The notes under the pieces were generated by a model, which was given only the letters and a program-made list of their open reading frames with translations, was not told the DNA's origin and did no database searches. The position numbers were made by a program, and so were the translations under genes. From Candidatus Nanopusillus sp. (GTDB taxonomy: Archaea; Nanobdellota; Nanobdellia; Nanobdellales; Nanobdellaceae), in contig JBMSAQ010000023.1 in assembly GCA_049414405.1 (NCBI GenBank), positions 1-32,000 of the forward strand: a stretch of 32,000 nucleotides of DNA. Direction: 5' to 3'. Shown piece by piece: positions 14,371 to 23,118 of the stretch (its first letter is position 1; every line of letters begins with the position of its first letter).

Positions 14371-15693
14371 TTATATATATTTTAACATTTTTGCAGTTTT
14401 TTCGTCCATATAATATGCTTCAATTCCTTTATCTCTTAATCTTTTAGCAAAATATTTAGAGAGTATGCCATTTTTACATATTAACAAGTATTTTTTACTC
14501 TTTTCGAAATTATACTTAGAAAATTCTTCAAACTTTATAATTATTAGATCTTTTTTATCCGGAATTTTTAAATTAAACTCTTCAATATTTATATTATTAA
14601 TTTCTCTAATTTTTTCAATTTCATTATCAAAATCTATATTTAATTTATTTAATTCAGAAATTAAAAGATCTATTTTTGGTTTTGTTGTTGGATGATTTTC
14701 AATTTTACATATTTCAGGTGCCCTTATATAATATACGCCAATTTTCTTTGATGATTCTAATATTTCGTTTCTATTAAAACCAATTAATGGTCTTAATACC
14801 AAAATATCTACAAGACTATCTAATACTTTTAATGAATCAATCTTTTGTGAAGAGACTTGTCCTAAAGATTCCCCTGTAATTATACAATCATAATTATTTT
14901 TCTTTGCAAATTTTTCTGCAATTTTATACATTATTGCTTTAAATAATATTTGTCTATATCCTTCTCTTACATTAAATAAATATTTTATATCTAAATTATA
15001 TACGTATAATTTTGAATTTGGAAAATATTCCTTTAATTTATTATATACATTATATACATATTGCAAATAAACATCTCCGGCAATATTAATAAATAAAAAA
15101 TCTATTTTTAATCCTCTTTTTGAAATAATATATGCAGCTACCGATGAATCAGATCCACCTGAAAATAATAAGATCCCTTTACCTTCAGACCCTTCTGGTA
15201 ATCCACCAAGTCCTTCGATTATTTTATCATAAATAAATGTATAATCTCTATGTATTTCTATATATAATATTTTTTCAGGATTTTTTACATCAACTTTTAA
15301 TTTATATTTATTTAAGATTTCTTCTCCAATAATTTTATTAACTTCTATGGATTTATAAGGAAAGCTTTTATCAACTCTCTTTGTAGATATCTTAAATTTA
15401 TTAATATTTCCAATAAAATTGCTGAAAAATTCTAAAGAATATTTTTTTATATTTTCTATAGATGTCTCAAAATAAATAGATGGATATATATTTTTTATCC
15501 CAGGAATCTTTCTTAATATGTTTATCCATTCCTCTTTATAATCCCATATTATTATTCTACCTCTTCTATTTTCTATTTTATTAAAATTTATTCTATTTTT
15601 AATATCATTTATTAATATATTTATCATTTTTTTCTTTACTTTTTCAGATTTTGTCCATATTTCATCAACACCAATCAATATACAATTATACAT
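14371..15693 (-). CDS. thiI: tRNA 4-thiouridine synthase ThiI (THUMP + PP-loop ATPase + C-terminal rhodanese-like domain)
   Basis: PP-loop LLFSGGSDSSVAAY. N-terminal ILIGVDEIWTKSEK..K..INIL.NDIK. C-terminal KKYLLICKNGILSKYFAKRLRDKGIEAYYM is rhodanese-like with Cys codon at 14476-14478. Start trimmed to ATG 15693 (alternative 15717) because the track's 15885 start overlaps the divergent HDAC gene. Confidence 0.88.
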   Translation of the reverse strand: MYNCILIGVDEIWTKSEKVKKKMINILINDIKNRINFNKIENRRGRIIIWDYKEEWINILRKIPGIKNIYPSIYFETSIENIKKYSLEFFSNFIGNINKFKISTKRVDKSFPYKSIEVNKIIGEEILNKYKLKVDVKNPEKILYIEIHRDYTFIYDKIIEGLGGLPEGSEGKGILLFSGGSDSSVAAYIISKRGLKIDFLFINIAGDVYLQYVYNVYNKLKEYFPNSKLYVYNLDIKYLFNVREGYRQILFKAIMYKIAEKFAKKNNYDCIITGESLGQVSSQKIDSLKVLDSLVDILVLRPLIGFNRNEILESSKKIGVYYIRAPEICKIENHPTTKPKIDLLISELNKLNIDFDNEIEKIREINNINIEEFNLKIPDKKDLIIIKFEEFSKYNFEKSKKYLLICKNGILSKYFAKRLRDKGIEAYYMDEKTAKMLKYI

Positions 15694-15728
15694 AATATTT
15701 TTATTACTAAAAACCATTATAATGTTAT

Positions 15729-16613
15729 ATGTTAATACTATATTCTGGATATTTACTATACCATAATGATCCAAATCATATAGAAAATAATAGAAGATTG
15801 TTGGTAATAAAAAAATTGATAAAAAATAATTATAGGAAAATAGGAAAAATAAGAAAAGATATATATAAGTACATAAATTATGCACATAGTTGGAAATATA
15901 TTAGGATGATAAAAAGGATCTGGAAAGATTCTTATAAAAATAATAGAATTATTTATTTAGATTCTGATACATATATATCTCCTTTATCATTTTATTCTAT
16001 TCTTAAATCTGTTGAAGGTGTGCTAAAAAGTATAGAAATAAATGAAAAATATATTTTTATACCTACAAGACCACCAGGTCATCATGTTCCAAAAAATCCA
16101 TTAAATAGTGATAAAACTCTTGGATTCTGTATATTTAATAACGTTGCAATCGCTGGTATGTATGCAAGGAAAATATACAAAAATGTATTAATTTTTGATA
16201 TAGATTTACATCATGGAAATGGGACCCAACATATAATTGAAAATAAGAAGAACATTTATTACATATCCACTCATGCAAAAAATATATATCCAAATACTGG
16301 TTTGGAATCTGGAAATAATTATTTTAATTTTCCATTAAATTTTAATATAGATGATAATTATTATATTAGTTTATTAAATGTTAAAATATTTCCATTAATT
16401 GAAGAAATAAATCCAGAAATTGTGTTAGTATCTTTGGGATTTGATATGCATAAAAATGACCCATTATCGGTATTTAACATCACATTGAAATCATATGAAT
16501 ATATCTTTAATTATTTAAAAAGGTTCAATAAGGTTGTATATATATTAGAAGGTGGTTATAATAGAGAAGTAATTTATAATGGTATAAATATATTATTAAA
16601 AGTATATGGATAA
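15729..16613 (+). CDS. Histone deacetylase-family (HDAC/AcuC/acetylpolyamine amidohydrolase) zinc deacetylase
   Basis: RPPGHHV, GFCIFNNVAIA, FDIDLHHGNGTQ, LGFDMHKNDPL and EGGYN: all catalytic and zinc-ligand blocks are present. Confidence 0.88.
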   Translation: MLILYSGYLLYHNDPNHIENNRRLLVIKKLIKNNYRKIGKIRKDIYKYINYAHSWKYIRMIKRIWKDSYKNNRIIYLDSDTYISPLSFYSILKSVEGVLKSIEINEKYIFIPTRPPGHHVPKNPLNSDKTLGFCIFNNVAIAGMYARKIYKNVLIFDIDLHHGNGTQHIIENKKNIYYISTHAKNIYPNTGLESGNNYFNFPLNFNIDDNYYISLLNVKIFPLIEEINPEIVLVSLGFDMHKNDPLSVFNITLKSYEYIFNYLKRFNKVVYILEGGYNREVIYNGINILLKVYG

Positions 16614-17706
16614 GTTTTATTTAGGGTTTTCAATATCATCATTTCAAACCGAAGGAAATTATAATAATCAAGATTGGTATTATTTTATTAAACAAAGAAA
16701 ATTACCAGAGATAGATAATGCTTGTAATTTATGGGAAAAATATTTGGATATAATTCCGATATTAATTGATTTAAATGCAAATGCTTTTAGATTTTCAATA
16801 GATTGGGCTAGAATATATCCGAATAAAGATAAAATAGATTACCATAGTACAAAAAGATATGTAGAATTTACAAATAAATTGATAAAAAATAATATAGAAC
16901 CATTTATAACCTTATGGCATTATGTTAACCCTCTATGGTTTTATAATTTGGGAGGATGGGAAAATAAAGAAAATATAGAATATTTTGTTAATTATTCATA
17001 CTTTATAATTGATAAATTTTCTAAATTAGGAGTTAAGTATTTTATATCATTCAATGAACCTTGGATATATATATTATCCTCTTATGTTTTCGGTAAATGG
17101 CCCCCATTTAAAAAAGTAAATAATATCGAAGATGTGAAGAATGTGATAGTAATATTAGATAATATATTTTATGCGAATAAAAAATTATATAAGATAACTA
17201 AAGAGTTCAATGTTTATTTAATATATACAGAAAATTTATCATTATTAAAACTACCGTTTAACTTTTTATTAAAGGATATAATAAGTTCAAATATTCATTT
17301 ACTATTTCCAAAAGAAATAGATTTCTATGGAATAAACTATTATGGTGTATTTAAAAGCTTAAAAGATATAGATGAAAGAAAACCATCTTTTAGCATATCT
17401 ATATTAGATAATATTTTAAAGAATTTGGACAAACCTATATTCATAACAGAAAATGGAATAAATACTGAAGATGAATTTTTAAGGGTTAGAATTATTAAAA
17501 AATATCTGCATTATTTTGTAAAAAATAGAAAAAAATATAATATAAAGGGATATTTTATTTGGTCTTTAATGGATAATTACGAGTGGGATTTTGGATATAA
17601 TGCAAAATTTGGGATATTAAATAGAAATTTAGCAAAGAAAGATTCTTATTATGAGATAAAAGAAATATATAAAAGATTAAATCAAAAGCTTAATATATCC
17701 AAGTAA
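16606..17706 (+). CDS. Glycoside hydrolase family 1 (beta-glucosidase/galactosidase-like), compact 366-aa form
   Basis: SSFQTEG, FRFSIDWARIYP, TLWHY, acid/base FNEPW, nucleophile ITENGI, WSLMDNYEWDFGY..KFGI. 8-nt overlap with the HDAC gene. Confidence 0.88.
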   Translation: MDKFYLGFSISSFQTEGNYNNQDWYYFIKQRKLPEIDNACNLWEKYLDIIPILIDLNANAFRFSIDWARIYPNKDKIDYHSTKRYVEFTNKLIKNNIEPFITLWHYVNPLWFYNLGGWENKENIEYFVNYSYFIIDKFSKLGVKYFISFNEPWIYILSSYVFGKWPPFKKVNNIEDVKNVIVILDNIFYANKKLYKITKEFNVYLIYTENLSLLKLPFNFLLKDIISSNIHLLFPKEIDFYGINYYGVFKSLKDIDERKPSFSISILDNILKNLDKPIFITENGINTEDEFLRVRIIKKYLHYFVKNRKKYNIKGYFIWSLMDNYEWDFGYNAKFGILNRNLAKKDSYYEIKEIYKRLNQKLNISK

Positions 17707-18189
17707 AGGTATTCTTAGTATTCCAATCCCAATAATTCTATTTGGATCCATATTATTTTCATCTTCAAATATTATTGGTCCGAGATTATTATCCCCCATA
17801 ATAATAAAGTTGCCATTATTATTATAACCAACTATTCTATGAAAGATATATTCACCTTTATATAATGAAGTTCCTATATATAGAATTACATCACCCGGTT
17901 TTAAATATTGTGTATCAATGGGTAAAATCATTACTATATCTCCAACGTATAACCCATTTGGATATGGAAATTGAAAAAATTCTTGCTGTGTAATGTTATA
18001 TTGTTCATATTTTTGAAAATTAAAATTATGATGCTCCATACTTGGAGATACTATTACAGAAAATAGTGGAGGATAAATCAACTGAATAATAAAATATATA
18101 ATAAATATAAATATTATAAATAGTACGTCGCTCAAATAATCATCTCCAAAAAATATTCTTATTATAATTTTTTTTATTTTTTCAATCAT
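17677..18189 (-). CDS. Signal peptidase I, archaeal/eukaryal Sec11 type (S26B)
   Basis: N-terminal TM, nucleophile box SPSMEHH, GDVILY, FHRIV and GDNN boxes. Confidence 0.8.
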   Translation of the reverse strand: MIEKIKKIIIRIFFGDDYLSDVLFIIFIFIIYFIIQLIYPPLFSVIVSPSMEHHNFNFQKYEQYNITQQEFFQFPYPNGLYVGDIVMILPIDTQYLKPGDVILYIGTSLYKGEYIFHRIVGYNNNGNFIIMGDNNLGPIIFEDENNMDPNRIIGIGILRIPLLGYIKLLI

Positions 18190-18496
18190 ATACTCTCCAT
18201 GTATATCCGCATTTTACACATCTATAAAATTTTGTTTCACCTTCATCCCCGGCTCTTGTTTGAATAGACCAGAAATATGCTCCTTTATTTTCACATTTTG
18301 GACATAAGACTTCATCATCAATTGGATATAATTTATAATCCTCCTCCATGATTTTAATTTCTGAAGATTTATTTATATTTTCTTTGAGCAATAAAGAATT
18401 TGCATCTTTTATTTTTTCTTTATACCCACAATTTGGACATACTAATTGGTTATTTTCTTTTTTCATTAAGCTCCCACATTTTAGGCAAAATTTCAT
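18182..18496 (-). CDS. tfs: Transcription factor S (TFS / RNA polymerase subunit M)
   Basis: Two zinc ribbons (CLKCG..CPNCG; CPKCE..CVKCG) and the acidic hairpin QTRAGDEGET. Confidence 0.92.
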   Translation of the reverse strand: MKFCLKCGSLMKKENNQLVCPNCGYKEKIKDANSLLLKENINKSSEIKIMEEDYKLYPIDDEVLCPKCENKGAYFWSIQTRAGDEGETKFYRCVKCGYTWRVYD

Positions 18497-18522
18497 AAAA
18501 ATATTTTATATCGCAGAAATGT

Positions 18523-19308
18523 TTATAAATTTTCTACCTTTTTATTTATTTCTAAGAATATTTTAAGTAAGGTAATAAGTAATATGGCAATTGATATATT
18601 AATTTCAAATGAAAAATTATTCATAATATTCTCTAATTTATAATTGATAGTTTGGTTATATTGATTTAAATATTCATTTATTGTTGAATTTAAGTTATTT
18701 AAGAATGTTTGATTTACATATGGTAAACTATTATATAATATATATGCTCCATTTGTATCACCTACACTCTCTAAAATACTTATTGCAGTTTCATAACCAC
18801 TAATATATGCATTTAGCAATTGATATCCATATATTTGGTATATATCATATATGTATGAAGAATAAAAAGTTTCTAACTTACTATGAATAAATTGATTCAC
18901 TATATTAATAAATATTGAATTATTTAGAACAACCAACAAAATCGATAAAAAATAAGCTATCATTGCAAAAAAAGAGTATTCTATTTTTATTATTTTAAAT
19001 ATAAAGAACATCGAAATTGTTAAATATATATTTATAAAATTATTGAATAATAAAAGACCAATAACGTAATATATAATTCCAATAATTAAATAGAAGATTT
19101 TATTTTCTATTTCTCTTGAAAAATACGTTCCTAAATAAAATGTTATTAAAAATGATAATAAACTAATTGATAATATAGGTAAAAGACTATAATTTGCTAT
19201 TGAGAATAATAAACTATTTACTAAATCTAAAGAATATATATAAAGAAAGTATAAAGCTATAGAAGAGCCTATATACAAAATTAATGGTAATATATAATTT
19301 TTAATCAT
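18523..19308 (-). CDS. Polytopic membrane protein of unknown function
   Basis: Several hydrophobic spans, an Asn/Tyr-rich loop and a C-terminal TM. First gene of a co-directional trio with tfs and signal peptidase. Confidence 0.6.
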   Translation of the reverse strand: MIKNYILPLILYIGSSIALYFLYIYSLDLVNSLLFSIANYSLLPILSISLLSFLITFYLGTYFSREIENKIFYLIIGIIYYVIGLLLFNNFINIYLTISMFFIFKIIKIEYSFFAMIAYFLSILLVVLNNSIFINIVNQFIHSKLETFYSSYIYDIYQIYGYQLLNAYISGYETAISILESVGDTNGAYILYNSLPYVNQTFLNNLNSTINEYLNQYNQTINYKLENIMNNFSFEINISIAILLITLLKIFLEINKKVENL

Positions 19309-19360
19309 AAAATAGTTTTTTTAGTAAAATTTTTAAAGATGTTACAGCAAAGTATGAAAA

Positions 19361-20161
19361 ATGGATTTTTATCCAATAGTTTTGGGAATAATTCAAGGTA
19401 TTAGTGAATGGTTGCCAATAAGTAGTAAAACACAAATTCTAATAGCTTCACATTATTTATTAAATATTAACCCATCAATTGGCTATACATTTGGATTATT
19501 TATGGAAATTGGAACTGTATTATCTGCTTTATTATACTTTAAGAAAGATATATATCAAATATTAAGAGATAAGAAGATGTTATATTATATAATTATTGTA
19601 ATATTTTTTACAGGATTGGTTGGTGTTCCTTTATATATAATTTCTAGTAGATTATTAGAAAATGTATACAACCCATCTATACCAATGATAATTTTGGGAT
19701 TAATACTTATTTTAAATGGTATTTATATATATTATACGAGGAATAAGATAAAAATAAAGGATAAGAAAGATCTTAATTTAAGAGATATAACTATTATTGG
19801 AATCGTACAGGGGTTGTCGGTTCTACCAGGTGTTAGTAGATCCGGAATTACAGTATCTACTATGTTATTAATGGGATATGATCCAAAATTTGCTTTTTCA
19901 TTTTCATATATTTTATATATACCAGCAGCTATCGGAGCATTTTTTTTAACTATGCTAGCTTCTAAATCTAACATTATTTATATAGAGTCTACTATCGGAT
20001 ATTATGGAATTTTAACTGCAATGGTTGTTTCTTTTATAGTTGGCTATTTAACTATTAATATCTTAATGAGATTAGCAAAGAGTAAAAAGGTATACTATAT
20101 TAATTTTATACTTGGTAGCATAGCAATAATAGTTAATTTGATAGGTTTAGTATATGGTTAA
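19361..20161 (+). CDS. uppP: Undecaprenyl/polyprenyl-diphosphate phosphatase (UppP/BacA)
   Basis: GIIQGISEWLPISSKTQ and QGLSVLPGVSRSG motifs in a multi-TM protein. Confidence 0.88.
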   Translation: MDFYPIVLGIIQGISEWLPISSKTQILIASHYLLNINPSIGYTFGLFMEIGTVLSALLYFKKDIYQILRDKKMLYYIIIVIFFTGLVGVPLYIISSRLLENVYNPSIPMIILGLILILNGIYIYYTRNKIKIKDKKDLNLRDITIIGIVQGLSVLPGVSRSGITVSTMLLMGYDPKFAFSFSYILYIPAAIGAFFLTMLASKSNIIYIESTIGYYGILTAMVVSFIVGYLTINILMRLAKSKKVYYINFILGSIAIIVNLIGLVYG

Positions 20162-20169
20162 TATAATAA

Positions 20170-20177
20170 TTTATATA
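20170..20177 (+). promoter_or_regulatory. TATA-box candidate for the gene at 20201
   Basis: Exact TTTATATA at -31..-24 from ATG 20201. Confidence 0.45.
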
Positions 20178-20200
20178 TTTAAAATTAAAACATAATATAC

Positions 20201-21622
20201 ATGGATTGGAAGAAGTTTTTACTAGGTATGTTAATTATACCAATTATGTTGGAGATTTATGCACAACAGCCAATAGTTGGATATCCAACAGTAATAAGTA
20301 ATCAAATCAATATATCCAATCCAAATAGCTATGCAATATATGAAATAAATATATATAATCCTACAAATTATACATATTATTATTATGTTTTTCCATTATC
20401 TTCTCAATGGCTATTTATAGTAGGAGAAAATAATACTATGGTTTTTGGATATCTATATCCCAATCAATTGAAGAACATAAAAATATATATGAGACCTTTA
20501 GGTTTCGTTAATCAAATACCTGAAATCGTTTTATATTTGTATAATATAAATGCCACCTCTGAACGTTATTCTTATGTAATCCAATTTACTCCAATATTAT
20601 TTTATAATCAACCAACTACAACAAATTTAACTACTACCTTACCTTTACCATTATCGATAAGCTTTGAATTATCCAGTTTGACAGTAACACAAAATAGCTT
20701 TATATATTTAATAGGAATAATAAACAATCCAAATAATTATAGTCAAAATTTGATAATTAACATAACTTCGAGTATTAATTTTTCAGCACTTTATAACGAA
20801 ACATTGAATCCGGGAGTAAATATATACCAAATTCCAATATTTATATCGAGTAATGTTTCTATAGGAGATCATCAATTGATAATATATGCAAATAACAATA
20901 TATATTATCTAAATTTTACAGTTTTTCAGCTAAATACAACTCCAATAATAGAAATAACTAAAAAAGGATTAAAATATACAATAAATATAACAAATCCACA
21001 TAACTATCCAATCAATTATACATACTATTTAAAAAATCACTATGGGATATTTTCTACATTTTATCCAAATCAATATTATGTTAACAATATAAATGGATTG
21101 GAATATATTGTATATGATGTATTCTTATTACCAGGACAGTCTTATATAATATATGAAGATTTCAATTACTTACTGTTAGCAGAGATAATAATCGCAGTAT
21201 TAATAATACTATTTATAATATTCTATTTATTATTTAGGGATAATATGGTAATATCAAAAGAGATATTGAAGATAGATTTAGATAAAGAAACAATAGATAT
21301 AACAATAAATATAAAAAATAAAAGCATATTTTCATTAAATCAAGTTAAATTGGTAGATAGAGTAAATGGACCAATAAAAATAAAAGAATATAAAATTGTA
21401 GAACCATCTTCAATTTATAAAGTAGATAATAACTATAACTTAAACTGGAAATTTGATAATATAAGAAGAAATGAGGAAATAGTTGTTTCTTATACGTTAG
21501 AAGTAAAAGATCTAAAAGAATATAAAAATATAGAGTTACCAAGAGCAGAATTAAGATATAAGTACTTAATTTGGGATAGAGTTAAATATTCTAATGGTCT
21601 AATTATAAGAATTACAAAATAA
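20201..21622 (+). CDS. Secreted/membrane-anchored surface protein, sequon-rich, function unknown
   Basis: Signal peptide MDWKKFLLGMLIIPIMLEIYAQQ and at least 14 N-x-S/T sequons. A TM (LLLAEIIIAVLIILFIIFYLLF) is followed by a beta-rich domain of about 130 aa. Confidence 0.65.
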   Translation: MDWKKFLLGMLIIPIMLEIYAQQPIVGYPTVISNQINISNPNSYAIYEINIYNPTNYTYYYYVFPLSSQWLFIVGENNTMVFGYLYPNQLKNIKIYMRPLGFVNQIPEIVLYLYNINATSERYSYVIQFTPILFYNQPTTTNLTTTLPLPLSISFELSSLTVTQNSFIYLIGIINNPNNYSQNLIINITSSINFSALYNETLNPGVNIYQIPIFISSNVSIGDHQLIIYANNNIYYLNFTVFQLNTTPIIEITKKGLKYTINITNPHNYPINYTYYLKNHYGIFSTFYPNQYYVNNINGLEYIVYDVFLLPGQSYIIYEDFNYLLLAEIIIAVLIILFIIFYLLFRDNMVISKEILKIDLDKETIDITINIKNKSIFSLNQVKLVDRVNGPIKIKEYKIVEPSSIYKVDNNYNLNWKFDNIRRNEEIVVSYTLEVKDLKEYKNIELPRAELRYKYLIWDRVKYSNGLIIRITK

Positions 21623-21634
21623 TTTTTACTTTTT
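21623..21634 (+). terminator. Double oligo-T tract (TTTTTACTTTTT) right after the stop
   Basis: Begins 1 nt after TAA 20620-series stop at 21620-21622. Oligo-T is the archaeal termination signal. Confidence 0.4.
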
Positions 21635-21679
21635 AGTTAATCTTTAACCTTTTATTTTTAGGTATACATTATTTATATT

Positions 21680-22540
21680 ATGGACGATCTAAGGACTGGT
21701 TATCAAATTACATGGTGTCCTGGATGCACAAACTTTGGTATATATACAGCAATAATTTCTACTCTAAAAGAATTAGAATCTGAAGGAAAAATTGATAGAA
21801 AGAAAGTTGTATTTACATCTGGAATTGGGTGTGCAGGGAAGATACATAATTATTTAAATTTAAGTTCTTTTAGTGGATTACATGGAAGAGCATTACCATT
21901 AGGGGTTGGAATAAAAATGGGAAATCCAGAATTAACTGTTTTAGTATTTCAAGGAGATGGAGATACATATAATGAAGGACTTGATCATTTTATTTCTTCA
22001 TGTAAAGAAAATGCAGATATAAAGTTATTTGTTCATAACAATCAAGTATTTGCATTAACAACTGCTCAACATACATTTACAACTGAAGAAGGACATTATT
22101 CAAAATCACTTGGTACGAAAGTATTTTCAAAACCATTGAATCCAATTGCATTAGCATTAATATCTGGTGCCACATTTGTTGCTAGAGGGTATGCATTATG
22201 GGTAGATCATTTAAAATATATAATGAAAGAAGCAATATTACACAAAGGATTTGCATTTGTAGATATAGTACAACCATGTACTGTTCAGCATGATACAAGA
22301 AAATATTATGAAACACATATGTATAAATTAGAAGATGTCGGACACAATCCAACAAATTTTGATGAGGCATTAAAAAAAGCTTTAGAATACGATTATTCAT
22401 TAAAAGAAGATGCGAAAATTCCTGTTGGTATATTCTATAAGGAATCGAGAATTACTTTACATGAGGGATTGAAAGTACAACCATTTTATAAAATAATTAA
22501 AGAATTAAATTTGGATATTTTAAATCAGATAACCGTATAA
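21680..22540 (+). CDS. 2-oxoacid:ferredoxin oxidoreductase, beta (TPP-binding) subunit
   Basis: WCPGCTNFGI, SGIGCAGK, LHGRALPLGVGIKMGNPELTVLVFQGDGD and QPCTV. The four cluster cysteines and the TPP GDGD motif are present. Confidence 0.9.
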   Translation: MDDLRTGYQITWCPGCTNFGIYTAIISTLKELESEGKIDRKKVVFTSGIGCAGKIHNYLNLSSFSGLHGRALPLGVGIKMGNPELTVLVFQGDGDTYNEGLDHFISSCKENADIKLFVHNNQVFALTTAQHTFTTEEGHYSKSLGTKVFSKPLNPIALALISGATFVARGYALWVDHLKYIMKEAILHKGFAFVDIVQPCTVQHDTRKYYETHMYKLEDVGHNPTNFDEALKKALEYDYSLKEDAKIPVGIFYKESRITLHEGLKVQPFYKIIKELNLDILNQITV

Positions 22541-22564
22541 AAATTTTTTACAATATATATTTTT

Positions 22565-23086
22565 ATGTATACATATGAGTTTGATGTAAATGATATAAAA
22601 GTAAATGAACTTGAAAAGTTGTTGAAGGAGAGAAATATAAAGTATAACAAAAATAAAAATAGAATAATTGTTTATTATGAAGATTTTTATTTCTTATATA
22701 AATTTGATAAATTTATAAAAGGATTAAAAGCAGGTTTTGATATTAAAAAATTATTAAATGTATTGGATAATGACTGGGATATATTAGAAATTGATTTAAA
22801 ATTGGTATTCGAAAAGAAAATAAACCATATAATTAGAATAAAAGGAAGGATTATTGGGGAAGAAGGAAAAATATTAGAAGAACTAAAAAAGAGGACAAAT
22901 GCTGATATAATTATTAAAGATAAATATATATATATACTTGGAGATAATGTTTCTTTACAATCAGCATATGAAGGAATAAAAAGGATAATAAAAGGGGAAA
23001 AACATGGCACAGTATTTAATTATTTGGATAAATATATAAAAGATTTAAAAAATAAGGATAAAGAATTTGCAAGATATATCAAATAA
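22565..23086 (+). CDS. KH-domain RNA-binding protein (archaeal Dim2/Pno1-like)
   Basis: IIRIKGRIIGEEGKILEELKKRTNADIII (KH GxxG loop) followed by ILGDN.SLQSAYEGIKRII.G..H..V. Confidence 0.72.
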   Translation: MYTYEFDVNDIKVNELEKLLKERNIKYNKNKNRIIVYYEDFYFLYKFDKFIKGLKAGFDIKKLLNVLDNDWDILEIDLKLVFEKKINHIIRIKGRIIGEEGKILEELKKRTNADIIIKDKYIYILGDNVSLQSAYEGIKRIIKGEKHGTVFNYLDKYIKDLKNKDKEFARYIK

Positions 23087-23118
23087 CATTTTAAAATATT
23101 TAAATAAATATTTTTTAA

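Noticed and set aside
15694-15885. N-terminal extension of thiI (track start 15885)
   Set aside because: It overlaps the divergent HDAC gene by about 150 nt. ThiI homology begins at MYNCILIGVDEI.. (ATG 15693).
22687-23010. 107-aa ORF antisense to the KH-domain gene, and the 142-aa ORF at 24378-24806 antisense to top6B
   Set aside because: Same reasoning as above. These are mirror-frame artefacts of AT-rich coding sequence.
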